DNA of 64,000 bases from Naegleria gruberi (lineage: Eukaryota). The notes beneath the pieces were generated by a model that saw only the letters and a list, made by a program, of their open reading frames with translations, did not search any database and was not told the DNA's origin. The stretch lies in assembly GCA_000004985.1 (NCBI GenBank), contig GG738860.1; one strand, written 5' to 3'. Positions 63,626-64,000 of this stretch are shown piece by piece. Positions within the stretch are counted from its first letter, which is position 1. Every line of letters starts with the position of its first letter. A program made the translations under genes and the position numbers.

Positions 63626-64000
63626 TTACAAAATATTACAAAAACCAGATGATCTATTATTCATATTTGCAAGACTACTGGTTAGATTAGAAATTTGTCT
63701 TGAACTATCAGCAGATTGTTGTTGTAAAACATTAATCATTTGAGTCATTCTTTGTTCGGATTGAGCTTGCTGTTGAGTAAACATTTGATTCATATTTTGG
63801 AGATTTTCCTTATGTTCAAAGAGGAGTCTTTCTTGGAGTTCTTGCATTTTCTTCTTTTCATCATTTGATGCAGCAAGCATTTCTTTTTGGAATTCTTTGA
63901 TTTTGTCCATTGTTTCCTTGTATAATTCTTCTTTGGCTTTTTCAGATTGTTCGAGGTTTTCTAATTGCTGTCTGACTTTTGCAGTTTCTTGTTGGATGGC
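63626..64000 (-). CDS. C-terminal part of a second, tandem GBP-like/coiled-coil gene ending in a CaaX box (CNIL); truncated by the window edge
   Basis: The frame is open from the window end through '..KAKEELYKETMDKIKEFQKE...QQQSADSSRQISNLTSSLANMNNRSSGFCNIL*'. The coiled-coil plus CaaX architecture parallels the C-terminus of the neighbouring GBP-like gene. The upstream exons lie outside the window. Confidence 0.45.
   Translation of the reverse strand, partial: AIQQETAKVRQQLENLEQSEKAKEELYKETMDKIKEFQKEMLAASNDEKKKMQELQERLLFEHKENLQNMNQMFTQQQAQSEQRMTQMINVLQQQSADSSRQISNLTSSLANMNNRSSGFCNIL

Noticed and set aside
1-64000. Search for CRISPR arrays, transposons, inverted-repeat mobile elements and prokaryotic operons
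   Set aside because: I saw no direct-repeat/spacer arrays, no transposase or integrase ORFs and no terminal inverted repeats. Spliceosomal introns are present throughout, so operon or defence-island interpretations do not apply.

Overview
This window is not prokaryotic. It is a gene-dense scaffold of an AT-rich eukaryotic nuclear genome, with coding sequence around 35% GC and intergenic/intron sequence around 20-25% GC. The standard genetic code applies. Spliceosomal introns are short (about 45-100 nt), with GTAAGT/GTATGT donors and AT-rich ...YAG acceptors. Two poly-N runs are assembly gaps. I read about 37 protein-coding genes on both strands and one tRNA-Ser(GCU) with a Pol III T-run terminator. 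Several genes are absent from the ORF track because their exons are short (FKBP, START-domain, AMMECR1, and exons of the kinase and homeobox genes). I found no CRISPR array, transposon, rRNA or operon-like structure. Recognisable genes include a long-chain acyl-CoA synthetase, RRP1/NOP52, importin-beta, WASP, a two-homeodomain TALE homeobox protein, a 7TM-RGS receptor, a mitochondrial carrier, PIMT, SIN1 (TORC2), UVSSA, an AADAC/HSL-family esterase, PTH2, CFAP57 (so the lineage is ciliated or flagellated), a YqjM-type old yellow enzyme, mitochondrial MetRS, MMS19, and two tandem GBP-like large GTPases ending in CaaX boxes. The most unusual items are described next. One is an 816-aa protein whose first 22 residues are identical to the canonical histone H3 N-terminal tail, followed by an F-box-like motif, LRR-like sequence and ankyrin repeats. 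Another is an AGC kinase fused to C-terminal WD40 repeats that needs a 21-nt micro-exon. A third is a 1138-aa protein with a 2OG-Fe(II) oxygenase-like core and a large unknown C-terminal region. There is also a tandem pair of prenylatable GBP-like GTPases with a novel 330-aa N-terminal extension. Finally, several convergent gene pairs have stop codons only 5-20 bp apart. My manually derived exon coordinates are approximate (about +/-2 nt). ORF-track coordinates are used where available.
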